A DNA stretch of 64,000 nt, from assembly GCA_038064835.1 (NCBI GenBank), contig JBBTSD010000003.1, positions 59,585-123,584 on the forward strand, given 5' to 3'. Below the pieces are notes generated by a model. The model ran no database searches and was not told the DNA's origin. It saw only the letters and a program-made list of their open reading frames with translations. The translations under genes and the position numbers were made by a program. Origin of the DNA: Patescibacteria group bacterium. GTDB lineage: Bacteria; Patescibacteriota; Minisyncoccia; Phycocordibacterales; UBA2100. Positions 26,729 to 34,598 of this stretch are shown here, piece by piece (positions within the stretch are counted from its first letter, which is position 1; each line of letters starts with the position of its first letter).

Positions 26729-27139
26729 TTATTCTTGTGGTACTGCTGTCCGTGGCGCCGGTTGCAACATACTTGCGCGATTTCCTTCAGTATCAGTAAA
26801 CGACACATACTGACCGACTCCGGGGATCTCGACCGGCTCACCAATCACAATACCCCCAGCGTCTGCGACTTTTTCCATGTGCTTTTGTATGTCATCCACC
26901 GCAATCACAATCGACGGAGCGGTGTTGTCTGCATTCTTCTGGAAAAACCCACCATTGATGTGACCGCGCTCCTTGGGAACACCGGTGCCGTCACACTCAC
27001 TGGTCATGGCTGTCACATAATTACCCATCTCTGGCCCCATCTGATTGAGCACCCATCCGAATGTTTTTGCGTAAAAGTCAGACATGCGTTTGGTGTCCTC
27101 GGCTGGCATTTCAAAATGTACAACGGGATTCATTTTCAT
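26729..27139 (-). CDS. Glyoxalase/bleomycin-resistance (VOC) family protein.
   Basis: 136 aa with VHFEMPAED...FYAKTFGW. Confidence 0.75.
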   Translation of the reverse strand: MKMNPVVHFEMPAEDTKRMSDFYAKTFGWVLNQMGPEMGNYVTAMTSECDGTGVPKERGHINGGFFQKNADNTAPSIVIAVDDIQKHMEKVADAGGIVIGEPVEIPGVGQYVSFTDTEGNRASMLQPAPRTAVPQE

Positions 27140-27177
27140 AATGTGTAGTGAGTATTTATTAATTCCTGCAGTGTACT

Positions 27178-27747
27178 CTACTTCTTCATGTTCGTAACCT
27201 TGTGCACCTTTCCTGTTTTGTCATAGGTGGTCCACTCACCCACCTGCTTGCCTTTTTTGAATGATCCCGACCGCATTCGCACACCGTCCTTTCGGAACCA
27301 CTCCCAATACCCTTCCATGACTCCATTTGCCACTTTGCCTTTTGCCCAGATGCTTCCGTCCTTGTGATAGTGCACGAAGCCTTTTTTGCCACCACCTCTC
27401 TTGCTGAGATTTTCCTGGGCACGGAATTTTACAACTTTGGTGATAAGAGCAAGTGGCAACGGCATACCAAATGGAAACTGTACCGACCCTTTTGCACCTT
27501 TATACACAGAGAACTCTTTTCTGAAGGTACTTTTCCCAGATGAAGCTGGATAGAAGCCGATATGGCGATTGAATGCGCCAAAATGCACCAGATTGCCGTT
27601 CAGAACAAAGGTCGGAATGCCGTACTTCATAGCTTCTTCAGCTTTGGGTGCTGCTTTATGTATAGTTGCGCGCATCTGCTGTAAAAGTGTCTGCACCTCG
27701 GCAGGATACCCAGAGATATACGAATCGATTGTTTTAGCGGTTTTCAT
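27178..27747 (-). CDS. DUF1801 (YdhG-like) domain fused to MORN-type repeats.
   Basis: N-terminal DUF1801-like fold. C-terminal GYWEWFRKDGVRMRSGSFKKGKQVGEWTTY. Confidence 0.55.
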   Translation of the reverse strand: MKTAKTIDSYISGYPAEVQTLLQQMRATIHKAAPKAEEAMKYGIPTFVLNGNLVHFGAFNRHIGFYPASSGKSTFRKEFSVYKGAKGSVQFPFGMPLPLALITKVVKFRAQENLSKRGGGKKGFVHYHKDGSIWAKGKVANGVMEGYWEWFRKDGVRMRSGSFKKGKQVGEWTTYDKTGKVHKVTNMKK

Positions 27748-27787
27748 ATTAGGCTTCCCACACTAGTATTCACACCCTAGAGGGGTA

Positions 27788-28225
27788 TTAGGTTTTGCTG
27801 GTGCAATTAAACATCCATTGCACACCAAATTTGTCGGTACAGGATCCATAGTAGTCGCCCCAAAACATTTCCTGCAATTCCATTTCTGTGTTGCCACCTG
27901 CAGAGAGTGCCTTGAACAACCGCTCGGTTTCGACACGCGTGTCTGGTTCGAGATTGATGTAAATATTATTTCCAAAATTAACTTTGAATCCCAGTGATTC
28001 AGGAGCGTCTGTGCCCATCAGCATCAAGCCACCGAGTATCGGCAGAGCAATGTGCATGACCAGGTTTTTGTCTTCCTCTGCAAGGGGTGGCGCACCCTCT
28101 GGTCGTGGTGCCGCATCCATTCGATTAATTCCACCGACAAACTCGCCGCCAAAAATGAGCTGGTAGTAATTAAAAGCTTCCTCAGTCGAGCGTGGGAAAT
28201 TTAAATAGATACTTGTTTTTGCCAT
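27788..28225 (-). CDS. VOC/PhnB-like family protein.
   Basis: YLNFPRSTEEAFNYY...MHIALPILGG. Confidence 0.7.
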   Translation of the reverse strand: MAKTSIYLNFPRSTEEAFNYYQLIFGGEFVGGINRMDAAPRPEGAPPLAEEDKNLVMHIALPILGGLMLMGTDAPESLGFKVNFGNNIYINLEPDTRVETERLFKALSAGGNTEMELQEMFWGDYYGSCTDKFGVQWMFNCTSKT

Positions 28226-28227
28226 AC

Positions 28228-28680
28228 TTACTTTTCAGCTAGCTCTTTTAATGCGTGAAGGGCTTTTGGCCACATGTCGTTAAACATGGCGACAAACGAC
28301 TCTTCTGTATCCGTATCTATCTGCAGGTCGGTGCCGCCATCTACTGCAGTAAAGGTGTAGTTCTCGTGTGCACCTACCCACCCTTTCACCTTTTCGCTCG
28401 TGGTGTCCTCGACATCATTCTCGATAAGTCCCAGGTGCTCAACAGAAATAAATTCGTGTAGCCTATTTTCCCTGATACAAGAAACAACGCCGCCGTTTCC
28501 GCTCCCATCGGGATTCGGTCCGATAAAACGGATTTCAGATCCTTGTTCCCAGCTCCCCCTGTAATGCGAACCGGGACAAAACGCCGCGGTCCATTGCCGA
28601 TATGTTGCATCCGCAAGCATGGTGTCCCACACCTTTTCCACGGGCGCGTTGATGTGTACTGAAAAATGAAGTGTTTGCAT
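28228..28680 (-). CDS. SRPBCC (AHSA1/polyketide-cyclase-like) family protein.
   Basis: FSVHINAPVEKVWDTM. Confidence 0.75.
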   Translation of the reverse strand: MQTLHFSVHINAPVEKVWDTMLADATYRQWTAAFCPGSHYRGSWEQGSEIRFIGPNPDGSGNGGVVSCIRENRLHEFISVEHLGLIENDVEDTTSEKVKGWVGAHENYTFTAVDGGTDLQIDTDTEESFVAMFNDMWPKALHALKELAEK

Positions 28681-28743
28681 GAATTAATTGTAGCAAAGCA
28701 GATGAAGAACCCCTAACGACACCCTCATGTCTTCACCTCGTAT

Positions 28744-29049
28744 CTAGTGCGAATACATGTGTGACCTCACTACAACAAGCTCTGCTACTAGGTCTGGATT
28801 TGTCAGATGAGTAAATCGCGGCACCATTTTGCCGTCTTTTTCGACGGTCCCCATAAACATGTCTAATGGTCGTGCATTGTAATCAGCAGGCGCCATCCAT
28901 TCGTTTTTGTACAAAGGCCGATACAAGACCATAAGCATCTTGTCTTCTGTATTTCTCCCCACACCAATCACCTCATACATGTAGTTGTACGGGCTACTGT
29001 CAGGATCGTGTTTATAGTGCCTGTAAAAACCTTTTTCGGGGATGTTCAT
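28744..29049 (-). CDS. DUF1653-like small protein.
   Basis: GFYRHYKHDP...YEVIGV. Confidence 0.55.
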   Translation of the reverse strand: MNIPEKGFYRHYKHDPDSSPYNYMYEVIGVGRNTEDKMLMVLYRPLYKNEWMAPADYNARPLDMFMGTVEKDGKMVPRFTHLTNPDLVAELVVVRSHMYSH

Positions 29050-29223
29050 GCTCGTTATATTACGATGCCCAATTTTTCATGTCTGGCTCTCGGCGCACTT
29101 CCTTGGGATAGCTAGCCATATAGGTTTTAATGGTTTCCATGCACATATTCTACATCGCTTGATCAATAAAGGGTATCGCCCATGACAAGCTGCCGGTGAT
29201 AGGATACTTTTGGACACTGCTCT

Positions 29224-29252
29224 TTGACATGTAGTTAAGCACAATGTATAAT
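29224..29252 (+). promoter_or_regulatory. Perfect-consensus sigma70 promoter (TTGACA-17-TATAAT).
   Basis: cTTGACAtgtagttaagcacaatgTATAATc. Confidence 0.7.
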
Positions 29253-29281
29253 CTTCTCGGATCCACTGCGTGAGGTAGGTT

Positions 29282-29524
29282 ATGAAAACGAATCACCGCC
29301 GGGGATTTGTAGCAAAACCCCACAAAGACCAAGCCATGTTCGCAACAAGAGCGACTGCGCCAATCGCCAACAAAAGCTTCTGTACATCGATCGGAAATGA
29401 CTTTAGCAAAGGTAATCGTGGCATGGCTAAAGCCAAGCGTGGCGCAAAGAAGTTCGTGCGCTCGCGCATTCGCTTCCACGACAACACCACAACAAAAAGA
29501 CTGGCCTCAGGTACGGTCGAATGA
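29282..29524 (+). CDS. Small, highly basic 80-aa protein of unknown function.
   Basis: Consensus promoter, then a GAGGT RBS, then the ORF, then a strong terminator. The minus-strand ORF that overlaps it was rejected. Confidence 0.55.
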   Translation: MKTNHRRGFVAKPHKDQAMFATRATAPIANKSFCTSIGNDFSKGNRGMAKAKRGAKKFVRSRIRFHDNTTTKRLASGTVE

Positions 29525-29536
29525 CCAGTACCTGCG

Positions 29537-29572
29537 CCGATCGCATCGAATCTCGATGCGATCTTTTCTTTT
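29537..29572 (+). terminator. Intrinsic terminator.
   Basis: gatcgcatcga atc tcgatgcgatc followed by ttttctttt. Confidence 0.8.
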
Positions 29573-29698
29573 ACAAAAACTCAACTGACCTCCGTCTCAG
29601 GTTGTTCCACTGGCAAAACGAAAGTGAAATGTGAAGCGGACAGCAGAGGGGCCATCGCGACCCCGATTAACTGGCTGTCTGGGACGACGTCGGAACTA

Positions 29699-30103
29699 TT
29701 ATGCGGCGTAGTATGCCTCATGAGCTACCTTGGGTTCTTCTAAACGATTATAGTCGATGGTAATTTCGACTCCCTTGCCTATATCCTCGCTCGCGTACCA
29801 TTTGAAATCTTTTTTATGCACGGCATTCGGAGTGGCTGCGTGATCGAGATACCATCCAATAGCCATGACTCCGAAATCAGGCGGACAGACCATCATTCCG
29901 TTCTCCCTGTCTAAACAATAGCCATGAAAAATACCGGGAACATCATCCTTATTCATTAGTCGTGTATTGTCCGCCAACCCGCCCTCTTCGTCACCGAACA
30001 GTCGCAAGTGCGTTCCTGATCTAATCGCATGTGTCGTAAAAACTCCCATTCCCCATTCTGTAGGCTTGAGGACGAAAGAAAATTCGTTTGTAAAATCTTG
30101 CAT
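29699..30103 (-). CDS. Putative SET-domain protein.
   Basis: WYASEDIGKGVEITIDYN and GWYLDHAATPN resemble the C-terminal motifs of a SET domain. Weak. Confidence 0.4.
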   Translation of the reverse strand: MQDFTNEFSFVLKPTEWGMGVFTTHAIRSGTHLRLFGDEEGGLADNTRLMNKDDVPGIFHGYCLDRENGMMVCPPDFGVMAIGWYLDHAATPNAVHKKDFKWYASEDIGKGVEITIDYNRLEEPKVAHEAYYAA

Positions 30104-30155
30104 ATTTCACGGGCTGGTCGCGTATTTAGAACACTCATAAGCTGTTTGTGTGCAC

Positions 30156-30230
30156 CGCTGCCAGACTTGGAATCGAACCAAGATATACAGCTTCAAAGGC
30201 TGCTGTCCTACCGTTAGACGATCTGGCAGC
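30156..30230 (-). tRNA. tRNA-Gln (anticodon UUG).
   Basis: Cloverleaf read by hand. Anticodon loop CUUUGAA, T-loop GGTTCGATTCC. Confidence 0.8.
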
Positions 30231-30358
30231 GCTACACACAAACATTGCCCAATTCCTGCGGAATAGGTACCTGGCAATACTGCACTCGGCAGTGCGCCTA
30301 CTATAGCAATTTTCGCCACAATAGCATCAAAATACGCTTTCATGTCGAAATCAATCTT

Positions 30359-30386
30359 ATTGACATTGTAGAATATCATGATACTG
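30359..30386 (+). promoter_or_regulatory. Sigma70-like promoter (TTGACA-16-TACTGT).
   Basis: cttaTTGACAttgtagaatatcatgaTACTGT. Confidence 0.45.
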
Positions 30387-30467
30387 TTTTAGTGCTCAGC
30401 TCCGCACTACACTAATGGGCATCTGCGGGAGCGGCATTCTGTCGTTCCGGATGCGGAGTAGAGCCAA

Positions 30468-30689
30468 ATGAAGACGAAGCCACGAATTGACCAGCTTGAG
30501 CTCAAAATCACCGTAACCATCCAGGGAGACGAGGTGATTGTGTTCAGCGAATCGAAGTGGTGGTACAACCACGGATCCAACTCGTTGCAGACACCAGGCA
30601 GGAGTGACTACGAGGTGTCACCTGCGCTGGAGGCTGCGTTGCGTGAGTTGTTCCCACATCAAACCAGGTTCTACCTGGTGCAGGAGTAA
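30468..30689 (+). CDS. Small 73-aa hypothetical protein.
   Basis: GGAG RBS, ORF, then a strong terminator. Confidence 0.4.
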   Translation: MKTKPRIDQLELKITVTIQGDEVIVFSESKWWYNHGSNSLQTPGRSDYEVSPALEAALRELFPHQTRFYLVQE

Positions 30690-30697
30690 AGCCACTC

Positions 30698-30727
30698 AAC
30701 CGGTTGCCACAGGCAACCGGTTTTTTC
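30698..30727 (+). terminator. Intrinsic terminator.
   Basis: caaccggttgcc acag ggcaaccgg followed by tttttt. Confidence 0.8.
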
Positions 30728-30802
30728 GGACTACTGGCAAGAACTGTGGGTTTGATATAAGGCATGCAAATGTCCCGATTCTCACTGTGTCACATGCTCA
30801 CA

Positions 30803-31849
30803 CTATTCTCCGCTCACTGTTGCATCAATAATCGCAAGCTCGAGTGGCAGATGTGGCAAAGCTGCGAAGTGCATGGTGTCGTATGCCTCAAGAAGCAGTC
30901 GCAGAGTGGCCGTCGTTATTTTTTGATTTTTATCTGCGGCTATTTTTTTCAATGCCTCAAATTCATCTGGCAACAATTCTGCACCCAGTTGTTCTGCCAA
31001 ATCCGGTGCGTGAGCAAGCAGTAATACTATCCGTATGCGCTCGAGCACGAGGCGCACCAACATGCGCATATCCAGATTGGCACTGACTGCCGATTCGACT
31101 GCAGCCAGTGCGTCAGTGCGTTTGTTGTAGGCAAGTGCTTCGGTGAGTGAACGAATGAGGTGGTGCCGTGGTGCGCCCGTAACCAATTCAACTTCTGCCA
31201 CCTCGACTTTTTTGTCTTTTGAAAGGGTCAGCACTTTTTGCAAAATACCCAATCCGTCGCGAAACGATCCTTCGGCAAGCATGGCAATCAAATCAGCCGC
31301 GGATTGCTCAAGTGCATAGCCTTCTTTCTTTGCAACATCAGCAATCATTTTTGCAAGCACTGCGCGCGTTGGTTGCTTGAATGCATATACTTCGCAACGC
31401 GACTGAATGGTGTCAGGTACCTTTTCAATATCAGTGGTCGCCATCACGAAAATAACATGGGCCGGTGGCTCTTCGAGCGTCTTGAGAAACGCATTCCAGG
31501 CACTTTTGGAAAGCATGTGTGCTTCATCGAGAATGTACATTTTGTACGGCGACTCAAAAGGCATCACTTGCACGGCCTCGCGCAATTCGCGGATATTGTC
31601 GACGCCCGTGTGTGACGCGGCATCCATTTCATACAAATCTTTGTCTGAGACACCAATCTCGCGTGCAAGGATACGCGCGATTGAAGTCTTGCCAATCCCC
31701 CGCCCACCGACAAACAAATAAGCATGGGCGATTTTTTTGTTTTTGATTGCGGCTTTGAGCACATCCACCACATGATCTTGCCCGTATACATCAGTAAAAG
31801 TTTGCGGACGATGCGATCGATACAAAGCGTGATGTGCAGTCTTTTGCAT
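30803..31849 (-). CDS. dnaX: DNA polymerase III subunit gamma/tau (short form).
   Basis: HAYLFVGGRGIGKTSIARILA (AAA+). The start is set at MQKTAHHALYRSHRP. Confidence 0.9.
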   Translation of the reverse strand: MQKTAHHALYRSHRPQTFTDVYGQDHVVDVLKAAIKNKKIAHAYLFVGGRGIGKTSIARILAREIGVSDKDLYEMDAASHTGVDNIRELREAVQVMPFESPYKMYILDEAHMLSKSAWNAFLKTLEEPPAHVIFVMATTDIEKVPDTIQSRCEVYAFKQPTRAVLAKMIADVAKKEGYALEQSAADLIAMLAEGSFRDGLGILQKVLTLSKDKKVEVAEVELVTGAPRHHLIRSLTEALAYNKRTDALAAVESAVSANLDMRMLVRLVLERIRIVLLLAHAPDLAEQLGAELLPDEFEALKKIAADKNQKITTATLRLLLEAYDTMHFAALPHLPLELAIIDATVSGE

Positions 31850-31911
31850 GTTGGGATGATAGCATACCTTGACTATACTTATGAAAAAGCCCGGAAATTC
31901 CGGGCGTTTGT

Positions 31912-32418
31912 TTAGTCTCTCGCTGATCTGCACCAATCCAGAAGTACCTTATGCTTGCGCATGGTGTGGATTGATTGGAGAACTATCTGTGTACCTGGCA
32001 TCAGGTTGGACATGCCACATGCCTTCTCGTAGCTCATCCACGCAAAAGTGTCTGCTTCCCAGTCGAGCACTACCTGCGCATGGCGCACTCTGACAAACAC
32101 AGGAACCGTAAGCCATGTTTTCTGGTTCGATACATCCTCGAGCAAGAGCGGCCGGTCAATCTGAATGTCGTCCACTGCCGGAGCAGAGTAGCCAAGCTCC
32201 TCACCAATCTCCTCAAGAGCCTTTTCGGTAACAGACTTGCCATCGTCCAAAAAGCCGGTGATACCGCTCCAATAGCCTGGATACGAGGGATGATTCTTGC
32301 TTCGTTGTACCAGCAGAAGGCCGAGCTCGCTTTCAACGATGCAGTGCACCACAGGGCACACGCGCGCATGGGTAAAATCGATTTGCCCTGCCCGCGGGGT
32401 AAATGGGGTTGCCGTCAT
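31912..32418 (-). CDS. NUDIX hydrolase.
   Basis: Nudix box GGFLDDGKSVTEKALEEIGEELG. Confidence 0.75.
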   Translation of the reverse strand: MTATPFTPRAGQIDFTHARVCPVVHCIVESELGLLLVQRSKNHPSYPGYWSGITGFLDDGKSVTEKALEEIGEELGYSAPAVDDIQIDRPLLLEDVSNQKTWLTVPVFVRVRHAQVVLDWEADTFAWMSYEKACGMSNLMPGTQIVLQSIHTMRKHKVLLDWCRSARD

Positions 32419-32462
32419 TCGTTCGTCCTTTCTGTACCTGCAGGATTAAAGCACTTTTTTTG

Positions 32463-32492
32463 AAAAAGAAAAGCACCGTGAGGTGCTTATGC
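32463..32492 (-). terminator. Intrinsic terminator after the fic gene.
   Basis: agcacc gtga ggtgct, followed by ttttcttttt on the minus strand. Confidence 0.6.
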
Positions 32493-33047
32493 TTGTGCCT
32501 TTGGGTACCAACTACCAAAGACTTCGTTTTCAAATGCTCGAATGGCGGCATAGTACTCCTGAGCTTCCGAGTGGAGCACTATGTGCCACTTCACTCCACC
32601 GCGAACCAAGAAACTGTTCAGCAACAGGCGTGAGGTGCGCCCGTTGCCATCCACAAAAGGATGGATACACAAGAACGAATGGTGAAATTGCCAGGCGCGA
32701 TTCTTGACCCACAGATTCCAAGTTGCATCTGGTTTGTGCGGTAAAAAAGCATCCATTCGCGCCCAGGCGTTCACCCACTTTTCCATTAGGAATGGTACGC
32801 GATTGGGCGACGGCATCATGCGGCCACCCACCGTGACATCACCAGTGCGATATGATGAAGCGTGTGACGGCAACAGAATGCCCCCTACTTCTGTAGGCAG
32901 TACTAGAGACGAATGCTGTGCTCGCCCGGCGACAAACTTTGCAGCATCGAGATGCCGATCATAGAGCGGCTCGCCGGTGCAGGCTCCAATGCGCTCGATT
33001 GCGTTACTTTCCACTACATGACGGCGCAGTATATTGATGTGAGTCAC
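32487..33047 (-). CDS. Fic-family protein (class-II-like, with an N-terminal SxxIE inhibitory-type motif).
   Basis: HPFVDGNGRTSR Fic motif. ESNAIER near the N-terminus. GTG start with an AAGGAG RBS. Confidence 0.85.
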   Translation of the reverse strand: MTHINILRRHVVESNAIERIGACTGEPLYDRHLDAAKFVAGRAQHSSLVLPTEVGGILLPSHASSYRTGDVTVGGRMMPSPNRVPFLMEKWVNAWARMDAFLPHKPDATWNLWVKNRAWQFHHSFLCIHPFVDGNGRTSRLLLNSFLVRGGVKWHIVLHSEAQEYYAAIRAFENEVFGSWYPKAQA

Positions 33048-33076
33048 AAAATGCTCCTTGCTCTACTGTGTATACC

Positions 33077-34027
33077 CTAGCGGATTCGCTCGGTGACCGC
33101 AATCACATCCTCCAGGGTTTTAGAGTTACCCAGTGCGACCCGCAATTCTCGCGCCTGGTCGAGACCAAGCACATATTTAGTAAGATGCTTTCGAGTGCCG
33201 CCCGCGGCAACGGTGCCAAAAATTTCACAAGCAATGCGTGCGTGCTTGTGAAGCATCGCAATCCGCTCTGCAGTTGTTGGTGATCGCTCGGCCCACAGCC
33301 ACGGATTCCCAATTGCGGCGCGTCCGATCATAATGCCATCGCACCCCGTTTCTTCGGTGCGCGCTTTTCCACCTGCAAGGGATGCAACATCGCCATTGCC
33401 GATAATGAGAGTTTTTGCACCGGATGCATCGCGTAGTGCCACAGCACGCGCAATTGTGTCCCAGCGTGCCGGCACGGCCGACATTTCTTTTCGCGTGCGC
33501 GCGTGCACGGCAATTGCGGCAAGATTTTCAGAGAGAAGTACTGGCAACCACTTATCGAGTTCGTCGGTAGTGTAGCCAATGCGTGTTTTCACCGAAATCG
33601 GCAAATGCGGCGCGCCTGCGCGCGCCGCCCGGATCACCGCGCGCGCACTCTCAGGATCTTTTATCATCGCGGCACCACATCCCTGTTTTTCAACTTTTTT
33701 GTCAGGACAACCCATATTGATATCGATGCCATCAAAACCAAGTTCGACGGCCAGGTGTGCAGCATAGGTCATATATTCTGGTGTACGTGTAAAAAACTGT
33801 GCAACGACTGGACGCTCACCCTCGCTAAAGGCCAATTTTTGCAACAGAGCTTTCTTGCCTTCAACGGGCGCTCGTGCCAATCCATCAGCAGAGGTGAATT
33901 CGGTCCAAAAAATATCAGGGCGCTTTGCTTCTTCGGCAAGTAGACGCCGAAATGCAGAATCGGTTACATCCTCCATGGGAGCGAGTGCAAAAAAGGGTCG
34001 AGGCAATTTTTCCCAGAAAGAATCCAC
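33077..34027 (-). CDS. dus: tRNA-dihydrouridine synthase.
   Basis: FFALAPMEDVTDSAFR and IDINMGCP. The start is inferred as GTG (VDSFWEK) 7 nt after a TACTAT -10 element, which suggests a leaderless mRNA. Confidence 0.8.
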   Translation of the reverse strand: MDSFWEKLPRPFFALAPMEDVTDSAFRRLLAEEAKRPDIFWTEFTSADGLARAPVEGKKALLQKLAFSEGERPVVAQFFTRTPEYMTYAAHLAVELGFDGIDINMGCPDKKVEKQGCGAAMIKDPESARAVIRAARAGAPHLPISVKTRIGYTTDELDKWLPVLLSENLAAIAVHARTRKEMSAVPARWDTIARAVALRDASGAKTLIIGNGDVASLAGGKARTEETGCDGIMIGRAAIGNPWLWAERSPTTAERIAMLHKHARIACEIFGTVAAGGTRKHLTKYVLGLDQARELRVALGNSKTLEDVIAVTERIR

Positions 34028-34075
34028 GAAAACATAGTACCACAGACTATTGACATATGAAAGTAATATGTTAGA
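34020..34075 (-). promoter_or_regulatory. Conserved upstream block (copy 2) containing the dus -10 element. It overlaps a divergent TTGACA-16-TAGATT promoter on the plus strand.
   Basis: See the 9846..9905 copy. The ACATAT-N8-ATATGT inverted repeat lies within it. Confidence 0.5.
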
Positions 34076-34114
34076 TTCCTTTGCAGACTGAATGAAAGAA
34101 AAGAAGGTAGCCAC

Positions 34115-34426
34115 ATGGGCATCGTTCTTCCGTTCCCCCTGCGCAATGCGCGTCGGTCTGCAACGCGCCTGCGCGCCGTACAGCCGTCCTCGAACCGCAT
34201 CGAGACCGAAAATCTCAAGGGAAAATATGAGGTTCTCGCCATCACGCGCACGGGGCACGAATCGCTCCTCGCAGTGAAAGTGCGTCAACACACCACCGTC
34301 GCCCACGCGAACGCCAACGAGCGTCAGGTGATGGTCCTCGCCGGCACGACCCCGCTCCGCGAAGGAGCCAAGATTTGGCTCACTCGCGTCAGCTTCGGCG
34401 AGTCCATCGTGTATCTGCCAGAGTAA
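34115..34426 (+). CDS. Hypothetical 103-aa protein.
   Basis: AGAAGG RBS. A divergent promoter lies upstream. Confidence 0.4.
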   Translation: MGIVLPFPLRNARRSATRLRAVQPSSNRIETENLKGKYEVLAITRTGHESLLAVKVRQHTTVAHANANERQVMVLAGTTPLREGAKIWLTRVSFGESIVYLPE

Positions 34427-34598
34427 AGGGTATTTACCCTATATTGTGTCTTCGCTCGGAGAAAATAAGAGTACGCTTCGCTCCCTCTCACTTTGCTCCT
34501 CGCTAGCCACAGTAAATTTCGGCCCCGCGACATCGCGGGGCCGCTTGACACCCCATCAGTTCCACCTAGGATTCAAGCAGACAAGAAGGAGAAGCCCA

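Noticed and set aside
29150-29479. 109-aa minus-strand ORF.
   Set aside because: It overlaps a plus-strand small gene that has a perfect consensus promoter, an RBS and a strong terminator. The minus ORF lacks any such signals.
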